Positions 55,824 to 64,000 of a DNA stretch of 64,000 nucleotides are shown here, piece by piece. Made by a program: the position numbers and the translations under genes. Numbering within the stretch: position 1 is the first letter of the stretch; every line of letters begins with the position of its first letter. Under the pieces are notes generated by a model. The model had not been told where the DNA came from and did not search any database. It saw nothing but the letters and a program-made list of their open reading frames with translations. The stretch covers positions 124,001 through 188,000 of the IMG/VR virus record IMGVR_UViG_3300028676_000005. One strand, given 5' to 3'.

Positions 55824-56585
55824 TTAACCTGCTGTAAAGATCCAGTTGGGATTAGTAGCGTGTGCGTCTTCTTGTTGAAACAACGAATCTGAAGACTGCA
55901 CTGCTTGCGGATAAAACATTTGTTGCTGCTCTTCGTAATTGAACGCACGTGGAGTGTACATTGGTGCGCCCATAGTGCCGCTTGGTGGCTCAAAGGCATC
56001 CAGGTGGCTGAAGAAGCTTAAATCGCCAATACGGTGAGTATTGATTACGCTGTCGCCCAAAAAGAGCGCAGCAAAGCCTGCAAGGCCTTTACCGTTAAGT
56101 TCTGTTTCTTGCTCCAGCATCTTCTTGTTCGATTCACGATTCTTAAACGGTTTGATCCGTTTGTATTCGGTAAACAGGATGAACGCCAGGTTTTCTAATT
56201 TACGCAATTCGCTAAATTCAGGACGTTTACATTCCGGTGCGTTTCGGGCAATTTCACACCAGAGTCCAATGAACTCTTGAATTGCATCATAGACCTCAAC
56301 AATAGTCTTAGTCGGCTTTTCAAAATTAAAGTCATGAACTGACTCAATGTTGGTGAGCAGGTCAAAGATCTGTGGGATTTTGTAGCGGCGCTTTTGTCGA
56401 GTTGTATAAAAATCTGTGTCGTTGGAATACCCCTCTTTGTGATAGCTAGGGCGGCTACGAATTTGATCCAAAGACATTAGTTTCTCAGGGGCAATCCAGA
56501 CGTCGAAGAGTTTGAGGAAACAGATGTCATACAACTCAATCAATCGTGCACGGACTTCGCCATAACGTTCGAGGGGCATAAGCAT
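55824..56585 (-). CDS. core hypothetical protein (phiKZ gp100 position)
   Basis: 253 aa; synteny. Confidence 0.55.
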   Translation of the reverse strand: MLMPLERYGEVRARLIELYDICFLKLFDVWIAPEKLMSLDQIRSRPSYHKEGYSNDTDFYTTRQKRRYKIPQIFDLLTNIESVHDFNFEKPTKTIVEVYDAIQEFIGLWCEIARNAPECKRPEFSELRKLENLAFILFTEYKRIKPFKNRESNKKMLEQETELNGKGLAGFAALFLGDSVINTHRIGDLSFFSHLDAFEPPSGTMGAPMYTPRAFNYEEQQQMFYPQAVQSSDSLFQQEDAHATNPNWIFTAG

Positions 56586-57892
56586 TACGAGGGTACTCCG
56601 ATTTTGCGGCTAACGTTAATCAAAAAGATAATGATACCGCCGTAGTAAAGCTGTTTAAGCTTAGGCAGCGCAAAGTATTCATCTTTGCAATACTTGAGGA
56701 GCGCCTTACGGTCGATTACTTTATTCTTAAGACTTTGATAGAGAATCTTCTCAAATGTTTCTTGAGGACTCCCATTGTAAAATTCTTCCGAAAACATGTA
56801 GGTGACTTTCTTTTCTGGTGCAGGACGCAGAATAGGGTAACCATCCATGTTGTAATAAGCTTTGGAAACCTTGTACTCTTCTGGGTCAGTCGTAATGAAA
56901 TACCCAAACTTACTAGAGCGCAAGTTACCGTAGAGTCGAGTTCCGTTTAAACGGTCAACCCCGATCATAGCAGCTTCAGCGTTTTTGCACATTGGTAGCA
57001 GGTTAATGTCCCCACGCAGGATAACATCCCAAATGTTGACAACACCGTACGTACCAAGAGCACGCCCGCCATACTGGGTTGAGTAACGACCAATAACTGG
57101 GTAACCACCTCTCATATCAGGGGTGATGACCGCAGACAGGAAATCCACCAAGTACTGGTCGTAGCAGTAAGTGCCACGGGTACCTGTTTGATCCATGGCC
57201 ACTGGATAGGCAATGGTCTCTTCCGGACGCCACCACCAGTTACGCATAATCCAACTAGAGATGGTTTGTGTCCAGGAGAAAAGTTCACCCATTGTGTTGA
57301 AGTCATCTGGGTTAACCAGACCAACGCCGCCACTTAAAGCGGAGTCAATGGAATAAACCAATTCTTGCTGAACACGGCGTTCCAGTTCTTCAGCCCAGTC
57401 TTTCTGCAAGATACCTACCATGTGAATGGTAATGCGGTAGACCTTGTTTGCGGTGAACTCTACAATCTCTGGCTGCTCAACAAGTTGAAACAAACCAGCA
57501 CGACCATCCGTAATCTCGGCAATAAACACATCACCACGAATTGGTGCTACATCGCAAGTAATCCAGCCGGAGTACATGGTAGAACTTTCACCCTTTTCAG
57601 GATTAAAGTTAAAGGCCCCATTACCTTCCAGTTTAATGATCAACTCACGGATACGTGTGTAAGGTTGATATGTAGCTGTGTTGTTTGGATCAAAAGGAGC
57701 AGGTTCTTCACTGCCGCGCAAACGCTGACGGTAATACTCCACAACAACCGGGGTACCTTGCACCAAAGTAATGAGTGAGGTCTCTGGTTGATAGGCACCT
57801 TGAACAATGGAATGTTGATATTGTTCAGAGTAGATCTTTGGAGCTTCTGGTTGAGGAGGTATCACACTCCCCAGCGGATCAATGTCAAACAT
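56585..57892 (-). CDS. virion structural protein (phiKZ gp99-like)
   Basis: G.P..V.YY.Q, P..GD.FIA...DGR.GLF, YD.YL..F, Y.FS..FY; ATG 57892 after GAGGA. Confidence 0.65.
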   Translation of the reverse strand: MFDIDPLGSVIPPQPEAPKIYSEQYQHSIVQGAYQPETSLITLVQGTPVVVEYYRQRLRGSEEPAPFDPNNTATYQPYTRIRELIIKLEGNGAFNFNPEKGESSTMYSGWITCDVAPIRGDVFIAEITDGRAGLFQLVEQPEIVEFTANKVYRITIHMVGILQKDWAEELERRVQQELVYSIDSALSGGVGLVNPDDFNTMGELFSWTQTISSWIMRNWWWRPEETIAYPVAMDQTGTRGTYCYDQYLVDFLSAVITPDMRGGYPVIGRYSTQYGGRALGTYGVVNIWDVILRGDINLLPMCKNAEAAMIGVDRLNGTRLYGNLRSSKFGYFITTDPEEYKVSKAYYNMDGYPILRPAPEKKVTYMFSEEFYNGSPQETFEKILYQSLKNKVIDRKALLKYCKDEYFALPKLKQLYYGGIIIFLINVSRKIGVPS

Positions 57893-59417
57893 TGCGCACG
57901 TCCTCAATAAACAAATACGCGTTAAGCCCAATAGAGGCCATGTAACGGTTAAAGTCGTAATCTTTCAATCCACGACCTTTATTGATACCTTTACAGATCT
58001 CTCTGGAATGTTCAGCCCAGGGCTTAGGAAGGTTAACCCAATCAAAGCCAGGAAACAGTCCTGGAAGCATGGCTTCGTCATCAGGGTTATGAAGCAGGTC
58101 CGTCCAAAACGAATCCTGATAATCCCTGACAGCGAAATCGCACACAACCACAAGTCTGTATCGATTTGCCATGTTTGGAGCCGTCAGCAAGCTTACAACC
58201 CCTTCCTCGTCCATTTCTAAACGGTTAGGGTCTACTTGGATATCTTCCGACCAAACAGTAATGTAGAAAGGACTTTTAGATTGCTTAAACACAACGTCAC
58301 GTCTGCGAATGATGTAGTTCTTGACTTGCTCATTCCAGCGGTATCCAGGGATCATAAAAATGTTCCCTAGTTTTTGTGTTTCGACGTTGGCAATCTTTAA
58401 CCGTACTTGGATAATTGGTTGCAACCAATCACCACCAGTAAACTTCCAAGGATCGTAATCTGGAAGTCTTAGGTAGTCGGTACCTTCCCCAGTGCGGGTG
58501 CCGGATATATGACGACCAAAGCTGTACTCAGGGTTTACCCGAATATTGAACTTCTTCTTAAACCCATCGTCTGGACGTGGAATCCAAACAGCCCGGATGT
58601 CATCTTGATAAACGCTAAGCGGGTATTGCAACTCCCAACCAACAAACTCGTTAAAATAGAAGTAGTAACTAAGTTCAACTTCGTATTTGCCAAAGACATC
58701 GGCATTACGGGATTTGCTCACTTTAGAAGATTTAAAGTAAATACCTATTTCGTCCATGCTCATTGGTACGGCAAGACGCGAGTTCTTACCAGACTCATCA
58801 CTTACATAAACAAACGGAACTTTGTGGTATTGCTTAAACCAATCACTAAAACTAACCGGAGTGGTGTCCGGTTCATTCTTGAGATAAAGCTCGTGCAAAT
58901 TAGAAAGCATAGCGACGATAGTGTTGTTAACTGGTAAATGAACTACCGCACTAAAGTTAAACGCCACAGCCTGCTCATCTTGCGCCCGGTTAATACGACG
59001 CTGAAATTGATCGGCCTGCTTCTTTGAGTTGAAGTTTGCAATAACAGAAACGTTAACAACCAACCCACTCAAAGATGGGTAAATCATCGACGGCTCTTTG
59101 TGATTAGTCATCCACACAGGGCGTTCAGTCATTTCCCGACGCTGGTTAGAAAAGCCTGAGTTGAAATTAGTTTCTTCGAACTCTGCTTTAACAAACAACT
59201 TATTACGAAAAACGCCGTCTGTGTAAATGTTGGTACGAATCTGGTCAGAGGTATTACTACCAACCAGTTTAGCAATTTCATTGTTGCCGTTATAAAAGAT
59301 CTCGGCTGTACTTTCCAAACCGTAGAACTTCAGCATACGGCGCAAGGAGTCATAGACCGCAGGACGAGTAACCGTCTTGTAATCTTCCTCTGACTGTACG
59401 GTTGCTCTTAGAAGCAT
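57885..59417 (-). CDS. virion structural protein (phiKZ gp98-like)
   Basis: TVTRP, YP....Q, P.YD.W motifs; synteny. Confidence 0.6.
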   Translation of the reverse strand: MLLRATVQSEEDYKTVTRPAVYDSLRRMLKFYGLESTAEIFYNGNNEIAKLVGSNTSDQIRTNIYTDGVFRNKLFVKAEFEETNFNSGFSNQRREMTERPVWMTNHKEPSMIYPSLSGLVVNVSVIANFNSKKQADQFQRRINRAQDEQAVAFNFSAVVHLPVNNTIVAMLSNLHELYLKNEPDTTPVSFSDWFKQYHKVPFVYVSDESGKNSRLAVPMSMDEIGIYFKSSKVSKSRNADVFGKYEVELSYYFYFNEFVGWELQYPLSVYQDDIRAVWIPRPDDGFKKKFNIRVNPEYSFGRHISGTRTGEGTDYLRLPDYDPWKFTGGDWLQPIIQVRLKIANVETQKLGNIFMIPGYRWNEQVKNYIIRRRDVVFKQSKSPFYITVWSEDIQVDPNRLEMDEEGVVSLLTAPNMANRYRLVVVCDFAVRDYQDSFWTDLLHNPDDEAMLPGLFPGFDWVNLPKPWAEHSREICKGINKGRGLKDYDFNRYMASIGLNAYLFIEDVRNV

Positions 59418-59440
59418 AACACACCTCTTTCATAAATAGT

Positions 59441-59472
59441 CTATAACGAGAGGGGCAACCCTCTCGTTATAG
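59441..59472. terminator. hairpin terminator
   Basis: CTATAACGAGAGGG / CCCTCTCGTTATAG 14-bp stem. Confidence 0.7.
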
Positions 59473-59484
59473 TTACTAAACCAG

Positions 59485-59943
59485 TTACTTAGGCAACGCC
59501 TTTTTAAATGGTTCCAGATCTACTTCCCAAACTTTTGCTGCCTTGGGTTTCGAAGGAACCATGTCAAATGAAAGTGTGCCAATAAAAAGCAGGGAGCTAT
59601 CCAGTAGCACCACACTAGCCAGTTTGCCAATCTCAGCAGAACCAACTGGTGTGTAATCAACGTCTTTAAGGATAGGGAACCCATACAGTTTAGAGAACCG
59701 TTGGATAACATCATCCATAGGCTCACCGTTAACAACTTCCACAGTCAAAGGATAAGCACCCAACCGACTTACAACTGAAGTCTTTTCAAAAGGAATGGTT
59801 ACCTCTTGACCCTCAGATCGAGAAAAGACAACTTTGCTAGTAGTTGGACTTACCACTTCAGCGTTGATAAATTCACAGCCCACCGGCAAACTACCCAGCA
59901 GGATTTTAAGTTGTTGCGGGTGAATGGTATCTTTGTTCATCAC
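59485..59943 (-). CDS. small virion-type protein, distant member of the 36740/61388 family
   Basis: LYG..I..D...S.LFIGTL pattern. Confidence 0.55.
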   Translation of the reverse strand: MMNKDTIHPQQLKILLGSLPVGCEFINAEVVSPTTSKVVFSRSEGQEVTIPFEKTSVVSRLGAYPLTVEVVNGEPMDDVIQRFSKLYGFPILKDVDYTPVGSAEIGKLASVVLLDSSLLFIGTLSFDMVPSKPKAAKVWEVDLEPFKKALPK

Positions 59944-61379
59944 TCAGTACCTTTTTTAGGTGGAGTTTTAGCTTTAGGGGCTTTCTCTTCACCAGCGCCA
60001 GCGTCGTTACCACCCTTGGTAAAGATCTTGGGGGTAATGCCTCTGATGGCTTTCTTAACACCGTTAACGATTTTCTTTTGGGCACCGGCCTGTGCCTTAA
60101 CTTCTTTAAGCGCTTCTTTGGCCTTGGCAATCTTGTCGCTTACATCAGTTTTGGTATTAGCGGCAACGTCTTTATTGTCACCGCTAGTACTTGATGCTTT
60201 GCTGTTAGATGCTTTGAGATCGTCTAGAGCTTTTTGGGCTTTAGCAATCTTTTCACCCAGTTTACCGCTTTTACCCAATTGTTTACTAAGAAATCCCGTA
60301 AGGCCATCGATGACACGACTACCATCACCAGCAGTATTGAGAGAAGAAACAATACGAGCCATGGCTCCGGTACTATCGGTAGTCTTCGCGAGCTGTAGGA
60401 TTCCTGCTTTGGCGGCGTCATTAATCCGTACCCCTTTATCCGTCATGGATTGGATGGCTTTCTTATTGTTCTCGCCAACTTCGGCGTTGTCCTTGACCTC
60501 CTCTTCGGCGGCTTCTGAACTGAACAAATCAATGAAAGACTTGAGGGCATCACGACACCACTCATATGCTTTGGTTCCCATCTCTTTGATGGAATCCATT
60601 ACTCCTTCTTCGTTACCTTGCAGCAAGCGCAGCTCAAGACTGTTAGCAAAGAACACACCGGCTGCGTAATGCGCCGCTGGGGTGCGCTTATTGTTCAACA
60701 GGTCTTCAAGCCCTTCCAACACCATTGTGGGGTGTTCCAAAGAGCAACCGCACTCACAGCCAGCAGTTTCGCTACACTCAACCCCAGCAACAAAATCAGG
60801 CTCTTCATCAAGGGCCAAACTACTGTAATCACCTGGTGCAAATTCTTCAACCCCAGCGAGCATGCCATTGTGCGAAACAATAAACGTATCGACAATTTCC
60901 AACACACGTTCGCAGTAAGCAAACCGACCAATCAGGTAATGTAGATTATCGAGTTGATCAAGACCATCGAAACGCCCTTTAAGGTCCATGATGAGCGAGT
61001 TGGCTTCATCGATCCAAAGCTCAACACCAGAATCCTGATCTTTATCTTTACTGCGGTTACCCGCCGCACATGCCATGATAGCAATAGTGCGGAAATCTTC
61101 ACGGATGCCATTTGTCATGTTGAGATGCAACGTTACCAGGTAGCTGTTAAGCGCCTTGTTAACTTTCATCTCATTGGCATCAAAGTAAGCAATATCGTTA
61201 GACATTGCACTTAGTACTTGATAAGCCCGTTCCAAACGATCCTGGTCAGTTACCTCAGAATCTAAATCCATCCCTGCGTTACTAAACATCCGCCACAGGA
61301 CTGGGTTACCCTCTCGCGTTGGATGTTCCTTAGACGAGAGGAGGAGACCCAATAGCTCCAATTCAAATTTAGCTTTCAT
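59940..61379 (-). CDS. inner head protein (phiKZ gp93-97-type family)
   Basis: G-x-E sites (LAGVE, VAGVE, LEGLE, LQGNE) then amphipathic helix and K/A-rich C-terminus. Confidence 0.65.
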   Translation of the reverse strand: MKAKFELELLGLLLSSKEHPTREGNPVLWRMFSNAGMDLDSEVTDQDRLERAYQVLSAMSNDIAYFDANEMKVNKALNSYLVTLHLNMTNGIREDFRTIAIMACAAGNRSKDKDQDSGVELWIDEANSLIMDLKGRFDGLDQLDNLHYLIGRFAYCERVLEIVDTFIVSHNGMLAGVEEFAPGDYSSLALDEEPDFVAGVECSETAGCECGCSLEHPTMVLEGLEDLLNNKRTPAAHYAAGVFFANSLELRLLQGNEEGVMDSIKEMGTKAYEWCRDALKSFIDLFSSEAAEEEVKDNAEVGENNKKAIQSMTDKGVRINDAAKAGILQLAKTTDSTGAMARIVSSLNTAGDGSRVIDGLTGFLSKQLGKSGKLGEKIAKAQKALDDLKASNSKASSTSGDNKDVAANTKTDVSDKIAKAKEALKEVKAQAGAQKKIVNGVKKAIRGITPKIFTKGGNDAGAGEEKAPKAKTPPKKGTE

Positions 61380-61387
61380 GAGTCACC

Positions 61388-61741
61388 TTATTTAGTTTTC
61401 AAAACCAAGACACCGGTGTAGATCGGCGACTTAGTAATCTCTACATTGACAATGTTCGCATCACCGCTGAGAACCACTTCACTGACTGCCAGGTCGTCGA
61501 TACCAAAGTAAGCAACCCATGCTTTAAATACAGCGGTGTAATCGGTAACATCTACTTCCTCGTAGATCTTCCCCGCAGGGATAACCTGGGTACCAAACAG
61601 GTTTTCCAGATTTACTTTCTTGACTACAATTACTTCACTTTGTGTAACGATCTTAAACAAAGAACCGTTAACGTTAACAACACGCCCTGGGGTATCTTTG
61701 ATGAACTGATCGACGATAAGAGCTTTGCTAATAACGGTCAT
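61388..61741 (-). CDS. small virion-type protein, paralog of 36740-37153
   Basis: Shared motifs; ATGA coupling. Confidence 0.65.
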   Translation of the reverse strand: MTVISKALIVDQFIKDTPGRVVNVNGSLFKIVTQSEVIVVKKVNLENLFGTQVIPAGKIYEEVDVTDYTAVFKAWVAYFGIDDLAVSEVVLSGDANIVNVEITKSPIYTGVLVLKTK

Positions 61742-62814
61742 TTGTCTTCGCCCTCTTTCTTGGAAGGTTTGTCAACAGCTACAGTGGCTACTGACAAAGC
61801 GGAGTTAATAGCTTTGAAGAAAACAGTCTCCAAAGTCTTGATGTTTGCCATCGCCATGTTGACAATTTGTTTAGTATCGTCAGCAACCTTTTTGGCAGTG
61901 GCTGGATTATCAATCTCCAACTGTTGCCCTACAGCAATTGCTTTATTGAGCGTGGCGATTAACACATTTTCCAGCTCAGTAATTTCTTTAGTGTAATCAC
62001 CAAAGTCATCATTAGTCTTGCTGATTGCATTAATGGCGCCGTTAACCGAGCTAGTGGTAGCTTTATATTTCAAACCGTTGACGGCTTTAGTAATACCGGC
62101 AGTAGGCTTGGCAACCAGACGGCCTTTAGGGTTAACGGTCAGCGTAACACCGCCAACAAAAGCACCTGGCTTGACTACCTTACCAAGATTAGTAACAAAC
62201 TCGGTCTCTGCATTCTTAAAGCCTTCAGCAGCATGACTGAGCTGGCCTTCGTTAATAGTCAGACCATTGATCTTCTGAACATATTCTTTAAGACACTTAA
62301 TGTAACCAACACCAACTTCATTGATTGCTTTACCAACTTCAGCAACCTTAGTTGGAACCCAGTTGATGTCACTACCTGGCTTACCTGGGGCATTCCAAAT
62401 AGCGGTGTAGTCTTTAGGGTAAAGAACATCACCTTCCTTAACACCAACTTCTTTAACAACCTTGATGAGCTTTTCAGTGGCTTGATCGGTAGCACGTTTC
62501 TTGCTGGTAAAGAAACTGAAGAGCCATTTAAAGAACTTCTTAATGTTCTCAACCATGTAGGTTAGACCACTCTTAATGGTAGACCAAATGCCTTCGTTAC
62601 CTGCAACGTCAGGAGTTACATGTTGGAGGTTACGCTGCAAGAACTGATAGTAGGCTTCCTTACCGGCAACCTCACCATTACCGTTGTACTCGTCGGCAAG
62701 TTCTTGTACATCGGCATCGCTTTCAACCAGCCCGGAATCAGGGTTGCTTGCTTCCCATACCTCTTTTACGGTTGGGGTGTTTACATAACGCAAATTAAGC
62801 ACAGTATCGGACAT
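61738..62814 (-). CDS. inner head protein
   Basis: VAGKE, VAGNE then GIWSTIK...IKKFFKWLFSFF helix; probable start MSDT at 62814. Confidence 0.65.
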   Translation of the reverse strand: MSDTVLNLRYVNTPTVKEVWEASNPDSGLVESDADVQELADEYNGNGEVAGKEAYYQFLQRNLQHVTPDVAGNEGIWSTIKSGLTYMVENIKKFFKWLFSFFTSKKRATDQATEKLIKVVKEVGVKEGDVLYPKDYTAIWNAPGKPGSDINWVPTKVAEVGKAINEVGVGYIKCLKEYVQKINGLTINEGQLSHAAEGFKNAETEFVTNLGKVVKPGAFVGGVTLTVNPKGRLVAKPTAGITKAVNGLKYKATTSSVNGAINAISKTNDDFGDYTKEITELENVLIATLNKAIAVGQQLEIDNPATAKKVADDTKQIVNMAMANIKTLETVFFKAINSALSVATVAVDKPSKKEGEDK

Positions 62815-62884
62815 GATAGAAATACCTGGCAATGAATAGAGGCGACCTATAGCATTTAAATAAAAATGCAAAAAAAAGAAATAG

Positions 62885-62922
62885 TAAATACCACCACCAG
62901 GTTTCCCCAGTGGTGGTATTTA
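62885..62922 (-). terminator. intrinsic terminator
   Basis: TAAATACCACCAC / GTGGTGGTATTTA stem followed by T tract. Confidence 0.75.
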
Positions 62923-62938
62923 TTTAGAGCAGACCAGC

Positions 62939-64000
62939 TTAAGCAGCGTTGCCGAAGCCGATGTGAGCGCTGACGCTGTCCAGGATAGCGCCGATACCGT
63001 TCAGCACGGTACGTTCTACGTTGGAAGTCATCTTGGCGGCCAGGCCGTAGGTTGCTTTAACAACAGCAACTTTGCTTGCCACGTCGGATTTCTTGTCAGC
63101 GTCGCCGGCGGACAGGTTGTTCAGCTTGCCGATGATCTGATCGCGAGTAGTGTTGGTGAGCTGTTTGCTCAACTTGCTGTCGCGAGCAGCGGCGATACCA
63201 GCCTTGGCGTTGTCCAGGGCGGAGATCAGGCCGGACTTGTCGGCTTTGGCTTTGACTTCAGCGCCGGAAGTCAGTTTCTTGGCTTCTGGAGCTTTACCAA
63301 CCGACACGGATACCGAGCGGATTGCCGAAGCAGCTTCAGCCAGGGTGGTGATCGAAGGATCGGAGAAGCTGGCAACCATGCGGATACCGGCCGACTGAGA
63401 CAGAGCAACGTCTTTCGAACCTTGCTTCTTCTCGTTGTACTTGCCGAACGCGCGGGCGTCTTCCTTGATGCCGGAGACCAGTTCGCTGTAGGCGGATTTC
63501 ACGCCTGCAACGGAGATGCCGTCGACTTTGGCAGCTTCAGCAACCAGAGCACCGATGCCTTTACCGATACCAGCACCGCCGGCGCCTTTGGTTTTCACGC
63601 CTTGACCGGTCAGGCCGGAAGTGGCGTAGTCGATATGGGCGTTCCAGCTACCCAGTTTGATCTTGTCCTTCAGCTTCGCGCCACCGTTGATACGGGTACG
63701 CAGGTTGGCTTCTTGCTTGGCCAGGCCGTCCAGCTTGTTGAACAGGCTGGTGAAGAAACCGATGATGACGTTGAAGATGTGCTTGATGAAGTTGACCGCG
63801 CCCGAGGCCCAGTTCTTCAGGGTTTCACCGATGGCTTCGATGCCGGAGCGAATGTGCATGTTGGCGGTAGCGGCGTCGGACATCGACTCAGCACCAACGC
63901 GGCCAGCTGCGAATTCGCAACCCAGTTTCTCGCCGAGTTTGACCATGCGGTTGTAGGTCGAAGCGGCCGACACGGAGTTGAAGTTGCCGGAGCTCAGCAG
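62939..64000 (-). CDS. abundant inner head protein, 5' end outside window
   Basis: Frame open to 64000; VGAE and SGIE sites then FIKHIFNVIIGFF helix; strong codon bias. Confidence 0.7.
   Translation of the reverse strand: MLSSGNFNSVSAASTYNRMVKLGEKLGCEFAAGRVGAESMSDAATANMHIRSGIEAIGETLKNWASGAVNFIKHIFNVIIGFFTSLFNKLDGLAKQEANLRTRINGGAKLKDKIKLGSWNAHIDYATSGLTGQGVKTKGAGGAGIGKGIGALVAEAAKVDGISVAGVKSAYSELVSGIKEDARAFGKYNEKKQGSKDVALSQSAGIRMVASFSDPSITTLAEAASAIRSVSVSVGKAPEAKKLTSGAEVKAKADKSGLISALDNAKAGIAAARDSKLSKQLTNTTRDQIIGKLNNLSAGDADKKSDVASKVAVVKATYGLAAKMTSNVERTVLNGIGAILDSVSAHIGFGNAA

Noticed and set aside
59935-59960. A-run near the end of the 479-aa gene as a slip into the 152-aa gene
   Set aside because: The -1 frame hits TGA before the downstream start
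62815-62871. N-terminal extension MHFYLNA... given by the ORF track
   Set aside because: TTG start lies in a terminator T tract; ATG at 62814 is more plausible
1-64000. tRNA, rRNA, CRISPR arrays, introns, inteins, transposases, genetic code reassignment
   Set aside because: None seen by eye; core genes are uninterrupted under the standard code with all three stops used. tRNAscan and Infernal would be needed to exclude small RNAs

Overview
This window is part of a phiKZ-related jumbo phage genome (Chimalliviridae type; the NAD-dependent ligase and gene order suggest an EL/OBP-like lineage, by recall rather than search). 1-17 kb is a minus-strand early/accessory region: an ADP-ribosyltransferase-like protein, an Acb1/57B-like 2H phosphodiesterase, a DHH phosphoesterase, RNase HI, NAD-dependent ligase, a tandem nucleotidyltransferase-like pair and many hypotheticals, driven by repeated TATATTAC promoters. 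17-64 kb is the conserved core: SbcC ATPase, baseplate spike, three tail-fibre-like paralogs, an overlapped spanin pair plus holin candidate, RuvC, baseplate proteins, portal, a non-virion RNAP subunit, major capsid protein (MCP), DnaB-like helicase and inner-head proteins. Main finding: the MCP gene ends in an in-frame G_GGA_AAC -1 slippery site followed by a structured RNA. The -1 frame adds PVGLILPSTYYGLLEGPA, which carries the same [FL]x[IL]PxTYYG[ILV]L motif found three times at the C-terminus of a 762-aa baseplate-type protein 12 kb away. This suggests a recoding-controlled peptide docking tag shared by head and baseplate. phiKZ gp numbers are recalled from synteny and size and need confirming by search.
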